From: Selaginella moellendorffii
Lineage: Eukaryota > Plantae > Lycopodiophyta
Assembly: GCF_000143415.4 (NCBI RefSeq)
Contig: NW_003314319.1
Coordinates: 1,115,683-1,179,682 of the forward strand
Direction: 5' to 3'
DNA: 64,000 nucleotides
Part shown: one piece after another, positions 37,947 to 48,600 of the stretch
Layout: every line of letters begins with the position of its first letter
How positions within the stretch are numbered: position 1 is the stretch's first letter
Translations under genes and position numbers: made by a program
Notes under the pieces: model-generated
The model's input: the letters and a program-made list of their open reading frames with translations, nothing else
Told to the model about the DNA's origin: nothing
Database searches by the model: none

Positions 37947-40772
37947 ATGGCCTCCGCAAGTGCGACGCATGTTCCCTCCGTGGATCTTAAGAACCGTGCT
38001 ACATGGATTCAGGCAAAGGTGTTTCTAAACAACCCCAAGGGGGAGGTGGTAGCTGAGGGCTTAGCCATAGTTGTCGATCCAAGAGATGCGGTTGCTAATC
38101 AAGAATTGGGCTAGGATAATATTGGAGTTGCGATTTTAGAGGTTGTTGACACAGAAGAAAATAGTCTGACTATTGGAAGCATTGTGTGGTGGAAATTGAG
38201 GCACTTAGTGTTTGAGAATGTGAAGGATTCACAATCAAACACCACTACAACTGATGACAGAACATCTCTTCATGGGAAAAGAAAGTACACCTTCCTAAAG
38301 CGCAGCCAAAGGGATCTGAGCAACGAACCGAAAAGGCAGAAAATGGCGATGGAGGTTCGAATGGTCTCAACAGTTGCTTGTTGCAAGAGGAGGTGCTGTC
38401 AACATGCTGATTGGGATGCTATTGAAGAGGAGAGAGCAAGATACAAGACATTGTCCTGGAAGGCAGCTCGCAATTTTGTGTATGAGGCATTACGGTCATC
38501 TGTTGATGCTTCAGAACATCAGGTGGGGGGCATGGTCTTCTAGAGGGGTTTGGTCTGCATGAAGGCATAGAGAATCATTTATGGAGTCCCTCGAACCACA
38601 TTCTACAGAATCAAAACTGAGTTCAAGGAACAAAGGGTTCAACAGGCAGTCCATGGGAACGACGGTACGCACAAAACCAGGGGTCATGTTGTATATGGAG
38701 AGGCAATCTTCAAGAGGTTTGTTGAGACATGTAGCGAGCAGCAACCACATAAAACCCGCCTCTTGGAAGATGGAACACGAGACACCCAACGAGTTCTCCC
38801 TTCCATGTATACCAAGGGGGCCATATTGGAAGATGTGAATCGGGAACTCCAGAGTAATGGCTACAGGAAGCTGAGCCAATCTAGATTTAGTAGATTGTGG
38901 AGCAACAGGTTCAGGGATGTGAGTATAGGAAAGTACTCCAGCTTTTCAAAGTGTGACGAGTGCACTGCTATCAAAATGGCTTTGTCGAAGAATTTTTGCA
39001 GCGCTCAAGAGCGAGAGACGTTGGTTAGAAGGCGGCTCGACCACAACATCGAGCAGAGAAGCTGCAGGACTGCATATTATCATAACAGGATTCTCTCCAT
39101 GGAGAGACCTGACTCTTACCTCTGCATCATCCATGACAAAATGGACCAAAAAAAGACGTGCTTACCTCGACTCAATCCTGCCCCCAAGGCAATCTCTTCA
39201 TCCATGCAGCTGCCTGTGTCTCTGTTTGGCATAATCGCTCATGGGCATGGTGCCCATAACTATGGTAACTTCTTTGTACCTCTATGGGGTGGCGGGGGTG
39301 CAAACATGATGATTGCGTCCCTAGCAAAACACTTAAGGTCTCTGCAAAGTGCGCAGACTAAGCTGAACGGCCAACCCTTGCATAAGGCCCTTGTCGATCG
39401 AACCCCATACAGGGTTCAGCTGGAGGAGGAGCAAAGGCTTGCAGTATCGCGTGGGGCCCCATGCCATCCCAGTGAATATGTTGGCCGTCAGATTGTAGGG
39501 TTATCATGTGAGGCCTCATGCCATTCCGACGAGGCTGGTCGCCCGGTGAATGCACCGCCTCATCCAAACGAAGTAGAATCTCAAGGAAGTTCTTGTGGCC
39601 GATGTGGCCTTCCACCCCATTTTCTGCTCCAAACAAACAATGCTGGCAGTGAGAACAAAAACATGTACGTCTTTGCGTACTTGGCGATGCTTGTTGCCAA
39701 AGGCATATTTGAAACGGTTACACTTGGCTTTCTTATGGTTGGGCACACTCATGAAAACGTCGATGCCATGTTCAGTCACCTGGCAGAGTCCCTCCGGCGA
39801 TCCAATGTCCTCACCCTCCCACAACTCTACGATGAATTCCAAAATTGCATCAAAGGCACTGTTGAAGCTGCACTTGTGACAGAGGTTCCAGACTTTAAGG
39901 GGTTTGTAAGAGGCTACATCAGGGACGGATCTGAAACACTGATTGGCCACTCCAAGCCTCTTCAGTTTCATTTCAGCATGCGTGACGGTGCTCCAGTGAT
40001 GAGGTACAAGATGAGAGAATGGGACACAGTGTGGCTGCCAGTGGACGGCATTGAACTCTTCAAGAGAGATCCCATAACTGGGGAACCTATGATTCCTCAG
40101 GGTTCCCCACGGCCGATGCACCCGGATGGACTCAAAGACCAGGAAAGTATAGTGGCCGGGATTAGACAGCATATTGCCTTCTGGAAGAGGGGGTTGGTGT
40201 TTGGTGGAGAATCCTATTTTCAGAGGTGCAAGCCTTTGCTCGAATACTGGGAGAAGATTATATCTGCTATCCAAAATGGGCCGGTTGTATATGAAGAATT
40301 GGAAGAGTCCTTTTGGCCAGAACCCAGAGCACCAGATAGTAGCGGAACAATGTCCTCTGGAAATGCAGTGACAGATAATGATGTTGAGGATCACTATTGT
40401 GGGCAGAGGAACAAGAAGCCGGATTCAGCATTCAATCCAGTACAGGTCCGCAAAGGAATGGTCGTGCTTGTCAGACCCAGTAATAAAAAACAAATGATAT
40501 GGGTGGGGCGCTGCATCACGGATGCAGAGGAGGACGTGGAAACTAACTCCTTCAATGTAACTGTGGAGTGGTTCAAGCCAAGTTCCGGATATACGAAGGA
40601 TTGCCTAAAAAAGAGATAGGTGCTGAATCCAAGGGATCCCAGCATGAGCATATCGGTGGATAATGTTGTGCATGGTTGGATGCGGAAGCAGAGTGCCACC
40701 ATCACCTTGCCAGACCATGCAAGAGATGCAGCAAGAGCATTCATAACCCGGGTTCAAGGTGAGATTCATTAA
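37947..40772 (+). pseudogene. Sola-type transposase, copy 1 (one frame with premature TAG stops at 38112, 38541, 38568, 40617)
   Basis: ATG follows a ttcag acceptor. Motifs VCMKA*RIIYGV, CDEC, HDKMDQ, QT(N)NAGSENKN and FLMVGHTHE(N)VDAMFS are typical of Sola-like DDD transposases. Confidence 0.82.
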
Positions 40773-43700
40773 TATTCCTTTACTAAGTTTCTAATGTATT
40801 TTATTTCAAGGTGAACAATCCGAATCTAAATCAGAGGAGGCGTGATGGCATGTGGCCTTACACCATTCCTAGGTTAGATGATACAAATAACAAGTATAAA
40901 TTCTTAGTTGTTCTAGCAAATCTTACTTAAAGTTCAAGGTGAACAAGCCGAATATGAATTCATCGGATTGTTATAACAAATTGCGAGGTGATGGCATGAG
41001 GCGATACGCCATTTGAGAGTGGTAGCCATTCCTATATGAGGTGAGTGAAATATTTATTAGAAATACCTCATTCAATTGTGCACTTCTAAGTCTTGGTCCA
41101 CTCAGTACTGTTTGCATGTTTTTATTTTAATTCTTTCTCTAAAATGTTATTTAGCATGTGGCTTCATGCCATTGCTCTCCACAATCATGCATTGAATTTT
41201 TCTATCCTTGCATAATACTTCTCCATATATATAGCATGTGTACACATGTGATATGGTTCATTAGGCCTGATATAGTGTGTGAGGTAAAACAAAGATGATG
41301 TGACATATGCATTTACCAATCACACGTGCATAAATCTAATAATATGGCGTGTGGCCCATATTAATGGCACATAAACCCATATTGTGGGCTTACGTGCTTT
41401 ATGTACCATCATTCCCTTGCAGCGTGTGTGTTGGTTTCCTTTTATAACACAACAAACTCCATATTTTAGGGTGAAGAGCGTTCTCATGGCAAGCACAAAA
41501 TCTGTAAGTGAGGCAGAAAAGGAGATAGAGAAGGAAATAGGTGAAGATGTAGAATATATAAGTCTTCCAAACTCCCCGTACTATACTCCAAGTGATCATT
41601 TTTCTGAACAAACGGCAATATTAACAACTATTGAGAACGCCCCAGTAATACCAGTCTGAGAAATAGAATGGCATGTGCCCTCAGGCCTTTTACTAAATCA
41701 CCTTTGAAAGAAATGCAAGCCTCTATGTCGTAAAAAAAAGGTACTAGAGAAATTCCTTAATAATATGAATGTTATTTAGTTTCATGAAAATACACTAAGG
41801 GTCAAATGAGTTAAATGACTTCTCCAGACTAGCAATGCCTCTTGCTACACCTTCACAATTAGATTCGTTAGAAAAAGATAACATTGAATAATATCTAAAT
41901 GTTCTCACCATTAAGTTATATGTCTGGCTAATAGGAATGACGTTTATCTTGGAAAGCTCACCACACGCTCAATGAACAAACAAATAGTGTGTGTGCGCAT
42001 GCCATCGCTCTTCTTTAGCTTCAGATTCAGCTTGTTCACCTTGACAATGAGATTTATTATACAACCAGATGGACTCAGTCTAGACACAAAGTCACCGCGC
42101 TAGTCACCATGCCCCAGATATGTCTAGCCCCTGGACAAAAAACATATAATTTCACGTCATTTTCAAATACTTGAAAATTTGTATCTAGTCCCATTTTACT
42201 GAATAAATCCCACTTTAACGAAATAGAGCTTTCAGGCAGTTCCCAAGTACAAACCAAAACCCCCACCGGTCTTCAAGGGAGTGAACGACTATAAGGTGGT
42301 GGAGGATTGGTTTTATGATATGGAGGACTACTTCTGAGCGTTGCGATTACCAAGCTCGGAGAAGGTCCCATGTGCAAAACCATACTTGGCAGATAATGCC
42401 AAGTCTTGGTGGAAAACGACAGAGGCCAACGAAGGACCGGTGGCCACTTGGGACATGATGAAGGCGAGGATCCGCGTGACTTACGTTCCTCCGAATGCTA
42501 CTCTGCATCTAAGAGACGAGTTGAGTAGGCTGAAGCAGACCGGAACCATTCAGGAGTATGTGAATGGGTTTATGGCAAAGAGGATACGTGTCACGGACAT
42601 GGGAGATATGGATGCGTTCCATGCCTTCATATCGGGCTTGCACACCTGGGCTCGCGGCGAGGTGATGGTTTGGAACCTGACCAATTACAAAGAAGCGTTG
42701 GATGTAGCCATCAAGGTGCATTTCAACGATAATCTACGAAAGGGGAACACGACGGGGTCAGGGTCCACGTTTAGCAAAGAGGCCAAACCAAGGGGGACAT
42801 TTAGCAAGGGGAAATTCAAGAAGAGTTTCTCTAAGAATGAGTCCTCGGGGTTTCGGAAAGGCAAATCTGGTGGCCAGCAAGAAAATACGTGGGGGAGTCA
42901 AGCAAAAAGAGACAAACCCATGGATAAAAAGGTCAAGTCATATAGCAACGTGGGAAACAACATATGCTACAATTGCGGTGAAGCGGGACACTTCTCGAGA
43001 GAATGTCCCTACCCGAAGAAGGCCAGAGCCAATATGGCCATTAAGTCGGGTGAAGTCCAAAATAAGGTATGTGATCTAGTCCTTAACTCAAAGTTACTCA
43101 TTACACGAGCAACTTTGGTAGAGAGTCGTTCGCGACATCTACTAGCCCTTCGAGGGAAGCTCGGAAGTAGCTTTGTTAAGATCCTTATTGACACGGGTGC
43201 TTCAGATAATTTTGTGGCTGCAGACATAGTCCGGCAAGCCGGACTAACGGTGCAGCGGCTGGGCGAACCAAGGACTATAGAGTTTGTTCAAGGTAGCCAA
43301 CGCACTGATGAGGTACTTCGACAAGCGAGAGTCGAAGTAGGGACTTGGGAAGTGGACATGGATTTCACCGTGTTGGACATGGCGGGATTTGATGTGATCT
43401 TCGGGATGGATTGGTTCAATCGGTTCGTGGTAGCCCTACATGGACAAGGTAGGAACCTTGTGGTACTAGCGAATGCCCAAGGAAGAAGATCCAGGGTGGA
43501 GGCCCAGAATCTAAAGGTAGGGCAATGCAAGGCCAAAGACTCGTGCTTAAACTTGGTGTCCACAAGAGGACAACTCACTAAAGGGACTAAGGCTGCATTC
43601 TTGTGCTTACTCTCGGTAGGGAGTGACAAAAAGACAGGAACGGAAGAAGTACCTTTAGTGATCCAGCGGGTGTTGGACCAATTCCGGGATACCATGCCAG

Positions 43701-45129
43701 AGGAGCTACTAGCGGGGTTGGCCCCCGCACGACCGATAGAACATAAGATTGAGCTGGTCGAGGGTGCTGAGGCGGTGGTTCGTCCCCCCTATCGTTTGAA
43801 CGAAAAAGAACTCACGGAGCTCCAGCGCCAACTAGAGGAGTTGGTGGACAAACGGTATGTTAGGTTGAACAAGTCACCGTATGGGGCACTGGTGCTATTT
43901 GTGAAAAAGAAAGATGGATCTATGCGCATGTGCATAGACTACCAGTTGCTCAACAAGTATATAAAGAAGAACAAGTACCCTTTGCCAAGGATTGAGGACC
44001 TGTTCGATATGTTGGGAAAGGCAAAATACGTCTCGAGAATTGACCTAAGGTCAGGATACTACCAGATCAGGGTAGTGGAGGAAGATGTCGAGAAGACAAC
44101 CTGTCGAACGAGGTATGGGAGCTTTGAGTTTCTGGTGATGCCCTTCGGGCTATGCAATGCGCCGGCAACGTTTTTGGCATTGATGAACCATATCTTTGTA
44201 CCCTATCTGGATCACTTTGTTGTTGTCTATATTGACGACATCCTGATCTATAGCGAAACGCTAGAGGAGCATGCCAAACACTTGACGAAGGTGTTTGAGA
44301 AACTAAGGGAACACTAACTGTATGCTAAAGAGAGCAAATGTGACTTTGCTCAACAAGAGGTAAAGTTTCTCGGGCATGTGGTGGGCAAAGACGGGCTCAA
44401 GGTGGACCCTGAGAAGGTCCAAGTGATCCAGGATTGGGAGCGACCATCGAATGTACACGAGTTAAGGGCATTTCTTGGGGCTATGCAACTACTATCGAAA
44501 GTTTATCAGACACTATTCGAGAGTAGCCCTGCCCTTAACGGACCAAACGGGAAAAGGGAAGATGGTATGGACAGCGGAATGCGAGGCGGCATTCGTCCAC
44601 CTCAAGGGGAAGTTGAGGAAGGCTCCCGTGTTGGTGTTACCAGACTTTGGTAAGGACTTTGAGGTAGAAGCAGATGCTTCAGACTTTGCGTTGGGTGCAA
44701 TTTTGAAGCAAGACAACCATCCAGTAGCGTTCTTCTCGAAGAAGTTGGACAAGGCTCAACGGAAGTGGCCTGCCCATGAGAAGGAATTGTTTGCGGTGGT
44801 CAAGGCGCTCAAGGAGTGGCGACACTACCTTGGGAGACACTTCAAATTTTACATGGACAATGTGGCAATGAAACACTTCTTGTCACAGCCTGACCTAAGG
44901 GGAAAACAAGGTCGATTTTCGAAGATGGCACATTTCATACCCACCACAACGGAAGTGGATGCAGAAGGTGTGGTGAAGCTGTTCTTTGAACAAGTGGTTC
45001 GAGTGCGGGGAAGGCAGGAAGAGATTATCTCAGATCGAGATAAGATCTTCACCAGTAGGTTCTAGAGGACACTCCTAGAACAGTATCGCACCAAGTTGAA
45101 ATTCAGCACAGCTTATCACCCGCAGACAG

Positions 45130-45176
45130 GTAATGGGTATTAAGTCAAGATTGATGGCACTAACACTTCTTGACAG
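45130..45176 (+). other. 47-nt GT-AG intron in chromovirus integrase
   Basis: ACAG|GTAATG...CTAAC...TTGACAG|AC; removal gives AYHPQTDEQTERVN. Confidence 0.85.
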
Positions 45177-45594
45177 ACGAACAAACGGAAAGGGTGAATA
45201 GGCAGCTGGAGGATTATTTGCGATGCTATGTCTCGAGAGACCAAACCGACTGGGTAAGTCATTTGGGACTTGCGAAAATGTGTTATAACAACTCACCACA
45301 TTCGAGCATCGGGGTGAGTCCATGGGAAGTCATTAATGGGCGAGCTATTGAAGGTCCTGTGGAACTCAACGTGGCCGAGTATCATGGAGAGTTACCCGCA
45401 GTGGAGGCATTCACGATGAAAAGACTCAACATTTGGAATCTAGTGAGGGATTCCTTGGAACAAGCTCAACAAAGGCAAACTAAGTATGCGAACCAGAAGC
45501 GCCGGGATGTGGAGTTCCAAGCTGGGGAGAAGGTGTGGTTGAACACCAAGAACCTCAGGCTACCAAATGGGATCAGCCGGAAGTTGACCCAAAG

Positions 45595-45646
45595 GTAAAA
45601 ATGCATGTATTCCTGTAAATGAATTGATCTTGAGTTCCTTAAGCAG
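45595..45646 (+). other. 52-nt GT-AG intron in chromovirus integrase (GPY/F region)
   Basis: AAAG|GTAAAA...TAAGCAG|GTTC; removal gives KLTQRFTGPYKI. Confidence 0.85.
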
Positions 45647-48600
45647 GTTCACGGGGCCTTACAAGATTGAGGCTCGAATCGGTAAAGTGGCTTACCATCT
45701 CCGACTTTCTCGAGAGATGGGGAAGATGCATCCTATGTTCCACGTGAACTTACTCAAGCCGTATTTTGAGGATCCACTTCGCAAGGACCAAGTAAGACCT
45801 TTACCTGAGGTTATCCAAGGGGAGGAGGAATATGAAGTCGAGGCCATCCTCAATGCGCGCAAGAGCAAGCGACAAGGACGCGAGGTGAGAGAGTTCCATG
45901 TGAAGTGGAAAGGATTTCCACACTGCGAAGCAACATGGGAACCGGAGGAGAACCTAGCGAACGCGCGAGATCTAGTGGAGGAATTTCTGCAAGGCAGAAC
46001 TCTATGTACTTATGCAAAGTTCAATTAAAAGTATCAATTTGAGAAGTTGAGCAATGGCATATGTTGGGACCCGAAGGCGCGCCAAGGTGAGCTAATTAGC
46101 ATGGGTTAGCTAGGTCGACCAGGCATAGGGAACTACGCCCGACTCCCTGCGGGGATGTCGAATCCGTAGACGTATTCTACGGAGGTTGGGTTTGAGTCCC
46201 AACCCCCTAGTATTCGAGTCCCAACCCCCTAGTAAAGCAAGGCTGGGTTCAAGTCCCGACCCCATACTAGGGCGTGGTGAGGTGAGGAGTATAGGGACAC
46301 CTATATTCCGTTGTCATGGCTCTTGGCCGGGGAGGCTAACTTAGGCACACTGCTAAGTGGGGGGATGCCCCCGGAGACATGGTCAACAAGTCGTAGGATA
46401 AAATGAGACGTTCAATGTGAGCATCGAACTTCTTCTATGGGTGGTGGAGTTGTAAGGAACCAACTCGCCAAAGTGTCGTAGGCTAAAGGAACCCCGAAAG
46501 CATGACCAAAATGATAAAGAGTTCATCAGATGGAACTGAGTCTAAGATCGAGTCCAAGACCGACTCTGAAATCGAGTCCAAGACCGACTCTGAGATCGAG
46601 TTCGAGATAGAGTCCGGAATCGAGCCCGAGGCCGACTCGGAGACCGAGCTCAAGACCGAGTTCGAGATGGAGTCCGAGATCCGAAATCGGGTCCGAGACC
46701 GAGTCCGAGGTCAAGTCCGAGGTCGGGTCCAAGATCAGGTCTGAGATCGAGTCCGAGATCAAGTCCGAGACCGAATCCGAAGTCGGATCCAAGATGGAGT
46801 CTGAGATCGAGCCAGAGACTAAGTCCGAGTACTAATATGGGTCAAGGGGTGAAAGCCCAAAGCGTGTGTCTCCTAAGGGGGGGGGGGGGGGGGCTTCACG
46901 GGGGTTCCCAAAGTTTACTACGGATAGTGAGGTCCAGGAACCAGGAACCAGTTTTGAGGGAACTCTCCAGTGGGGCTTCCAAACTGACTTGAGGTTGGGA
47001 TTGGGACCGAGGGGCCTTGGGTGGGAGTGAGCATGGACTTGGTTGGTGCTGGAGGGGCCATCCAAGGAAGTGCTCAAGAGCAGTTCCCACTCCCGAAAGG
47101 TAAACCGATTGCGGTGCTCTCGGCTCAGGTGGAGTGGTGCCCCACTTGAGTACCATGTGGCTCATTGGTCCTCGCCCTTCCTTCGGGATGGAAGTGGGGG
47201 GGTAGAGGTACCCATACCGGGCCGTTAGGCCACGGTGTTTCGCCCCGGCGTCCCGAAGCAAGTGTTGCACCCAAGACTTGGGATTTAGAGGGTCCCATGA
47301 TCTAGTCTTGTGATACCAAGGGATGTTAGGAACCTGGAGGCTTGGTGTGTTTGGCTGCTTGTGCCTGCGGGGAGTGTAGCCGAACCTTAAGTCCAGTCTA
47401 ACCCGGGGAGGGGGATTGGGAGAGATTGGGAATCCGTGGATGGATGGCTAACGCTCCATTCTTGTGTAATGAGTAGCTGAAACCAAGTAGGACCAAATAG
47501 GAGTTGGTACCATAGGCAGGAACCTTGGCAAGGGAACTTAGCAAAAGCCAAGGCAGTGTTGGACGGATAGACGAGGTAAGCTGGCAAATTGGAAAGGAAA
47601 AATTTGTGGCTTACAGTATAGTCCCTCTAACATAGAGACTCATTCGGCCACCTGAGGTGGTTTGCTCCCTTTTATTGGTTCAGTTCTCACTAAACCCATT
47701 AGAGACACCTTCTCTAACTCAATTCCACTACTCATTCTCGAGTAATCTCAGATTCCATTGACATAACCTTTGCACTTTGGAACTTTTAATTTTGACTTCT
47801 CAGAGTCAATTTCCTAGGTGTCTCCAACACCTTATATTGCACATGGTGCAATTCCACTTCCCCATCCTAGGAAGTTCTTTACTTGAGGGCATCATCATCC
47901 TCTCTTCGATATAATGCCACCTTTGGCACTAAGTTCCAGTTATTATAATTTGTGCTAGGGCTGCCCACGGCCCTATTATTTGGCTACCTTACTCCCCCTT
48001 GGAGCTTCCACTCTCGCTAAATCGGAGCGGTTGGGAATCCAGCCTTGGGAAAATATTGCCTTTCCCACAATCCGTTAGCACCCAACACTTTAGTGTTCTC
48101 GGCCTAACTTTGACATTTGGATTCTTTCCCCTAATTCCGATGGCTCTTTTCTTAGCCACTAGTCTTTTACTCCTATCCTTGATTGTTACACTCAGCAACA
48201 TAGGATCGCTACCTCTATTTCTGAGGTATCCTTTCGGTTCCGTAGCTAAAACTCTTCTTTGCCAAGTCTGGAGGGTGTTCATCCTTAGTACGTCTCTTTA
48301 GCATCTTCTGTTGTGGGCTCTATCCACGGCCCAACTCTGTGACCCTCCCATGGGTCTCCTATAGAGACTACTTTCCTCAGACTCACTTTGCCATTGCATT
48401 GACATATCTCATTTCCCTAAGGTGTCCTTCTCACTTGGTCACCTTGACCAAGCCACATCATCATCAATAGTTCCAATCAATACTTTGAACTTGGAACTTT
48501 ATCCCTTAACCTCACAAGGACCTTGTCCTTGTTTTGGCCATAAGATCACCTAGTGATTTAACCTTGGCACCTTAACAGGTTTGCCAATACCCAATAGCTT

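Larger units (their letters stand above)
30348..41689. repeat. Dispersed 22-bp palindrome family ATGGCRTGWGGCCWCAYGCCAT (>=20 copies in copy 1; also throughout copy 2)
   Basis: Starts at 30348, 31425, 31500, 32724, 32915, 33056, 34555, 35827, 35887, 35964, 37675, 37773, 37843, 39446, 39503, 40845, 40991, 41151, 41344 and 41668. Confidence 0.93.
29962..42231 (+). mobile_element. 12.3-kb Sola-superfamily-like DNA transposon, copy 1
   Basis: Perfect 24-bp TIR AAGCTCTATTTCGTTAAAGTGGGA; 4-bp TSD TCAA/TCAG. Removing the element and one TSD restores the gag frame (VELVPQ-AVPKYKPKPPPVFKG). Encodes a DDD-type transposase. Confidence 0.9.
42236..46028 (+). pseudogene. Chromovirus gag-pol (gag start at ~29590-29961, split by Sola copy 1): zinc knuckle, protease, RT, RNase H, integrase, chromodomain
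   Basis: Motifs [53 protein letters not shown], and chromodomain EYEVEAIL..HVKWKGF..EATWEPEENL. Stops and frameshifts are present, and the integrase Zn-finger segment is missing at ~44912. Confidence 0.93.
28732..47615 (+). mobile_element. Ty3/Gypsy chromovirus (element A); 5' LTR 28732-~29588 (3' part deleted), 3' LTR 46451-47615
   Basis: Both LTRs start TGTAAGGAACCAACTCGCC; 3' LTR ends ...GGCTTACA; TSD GTATA at 28727-28731 and 47616-47620; PPT atgggtggtggagt just before 46451. Confidence 0.95.

Noticed and set aside
39516-40394. 292-aa antisense ORF (also 60670-61548)
   Set aside because: Shadow of the transposase frame with no independent motif.
30348-41689. Palindromic repeats as a CRISPR array or bacterial REP elements
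   Set aside because: Spacing is irregular (56 bp to >1.5 kb), there are no cas genes, and the context is eukaryotic with spliceosomal introns.
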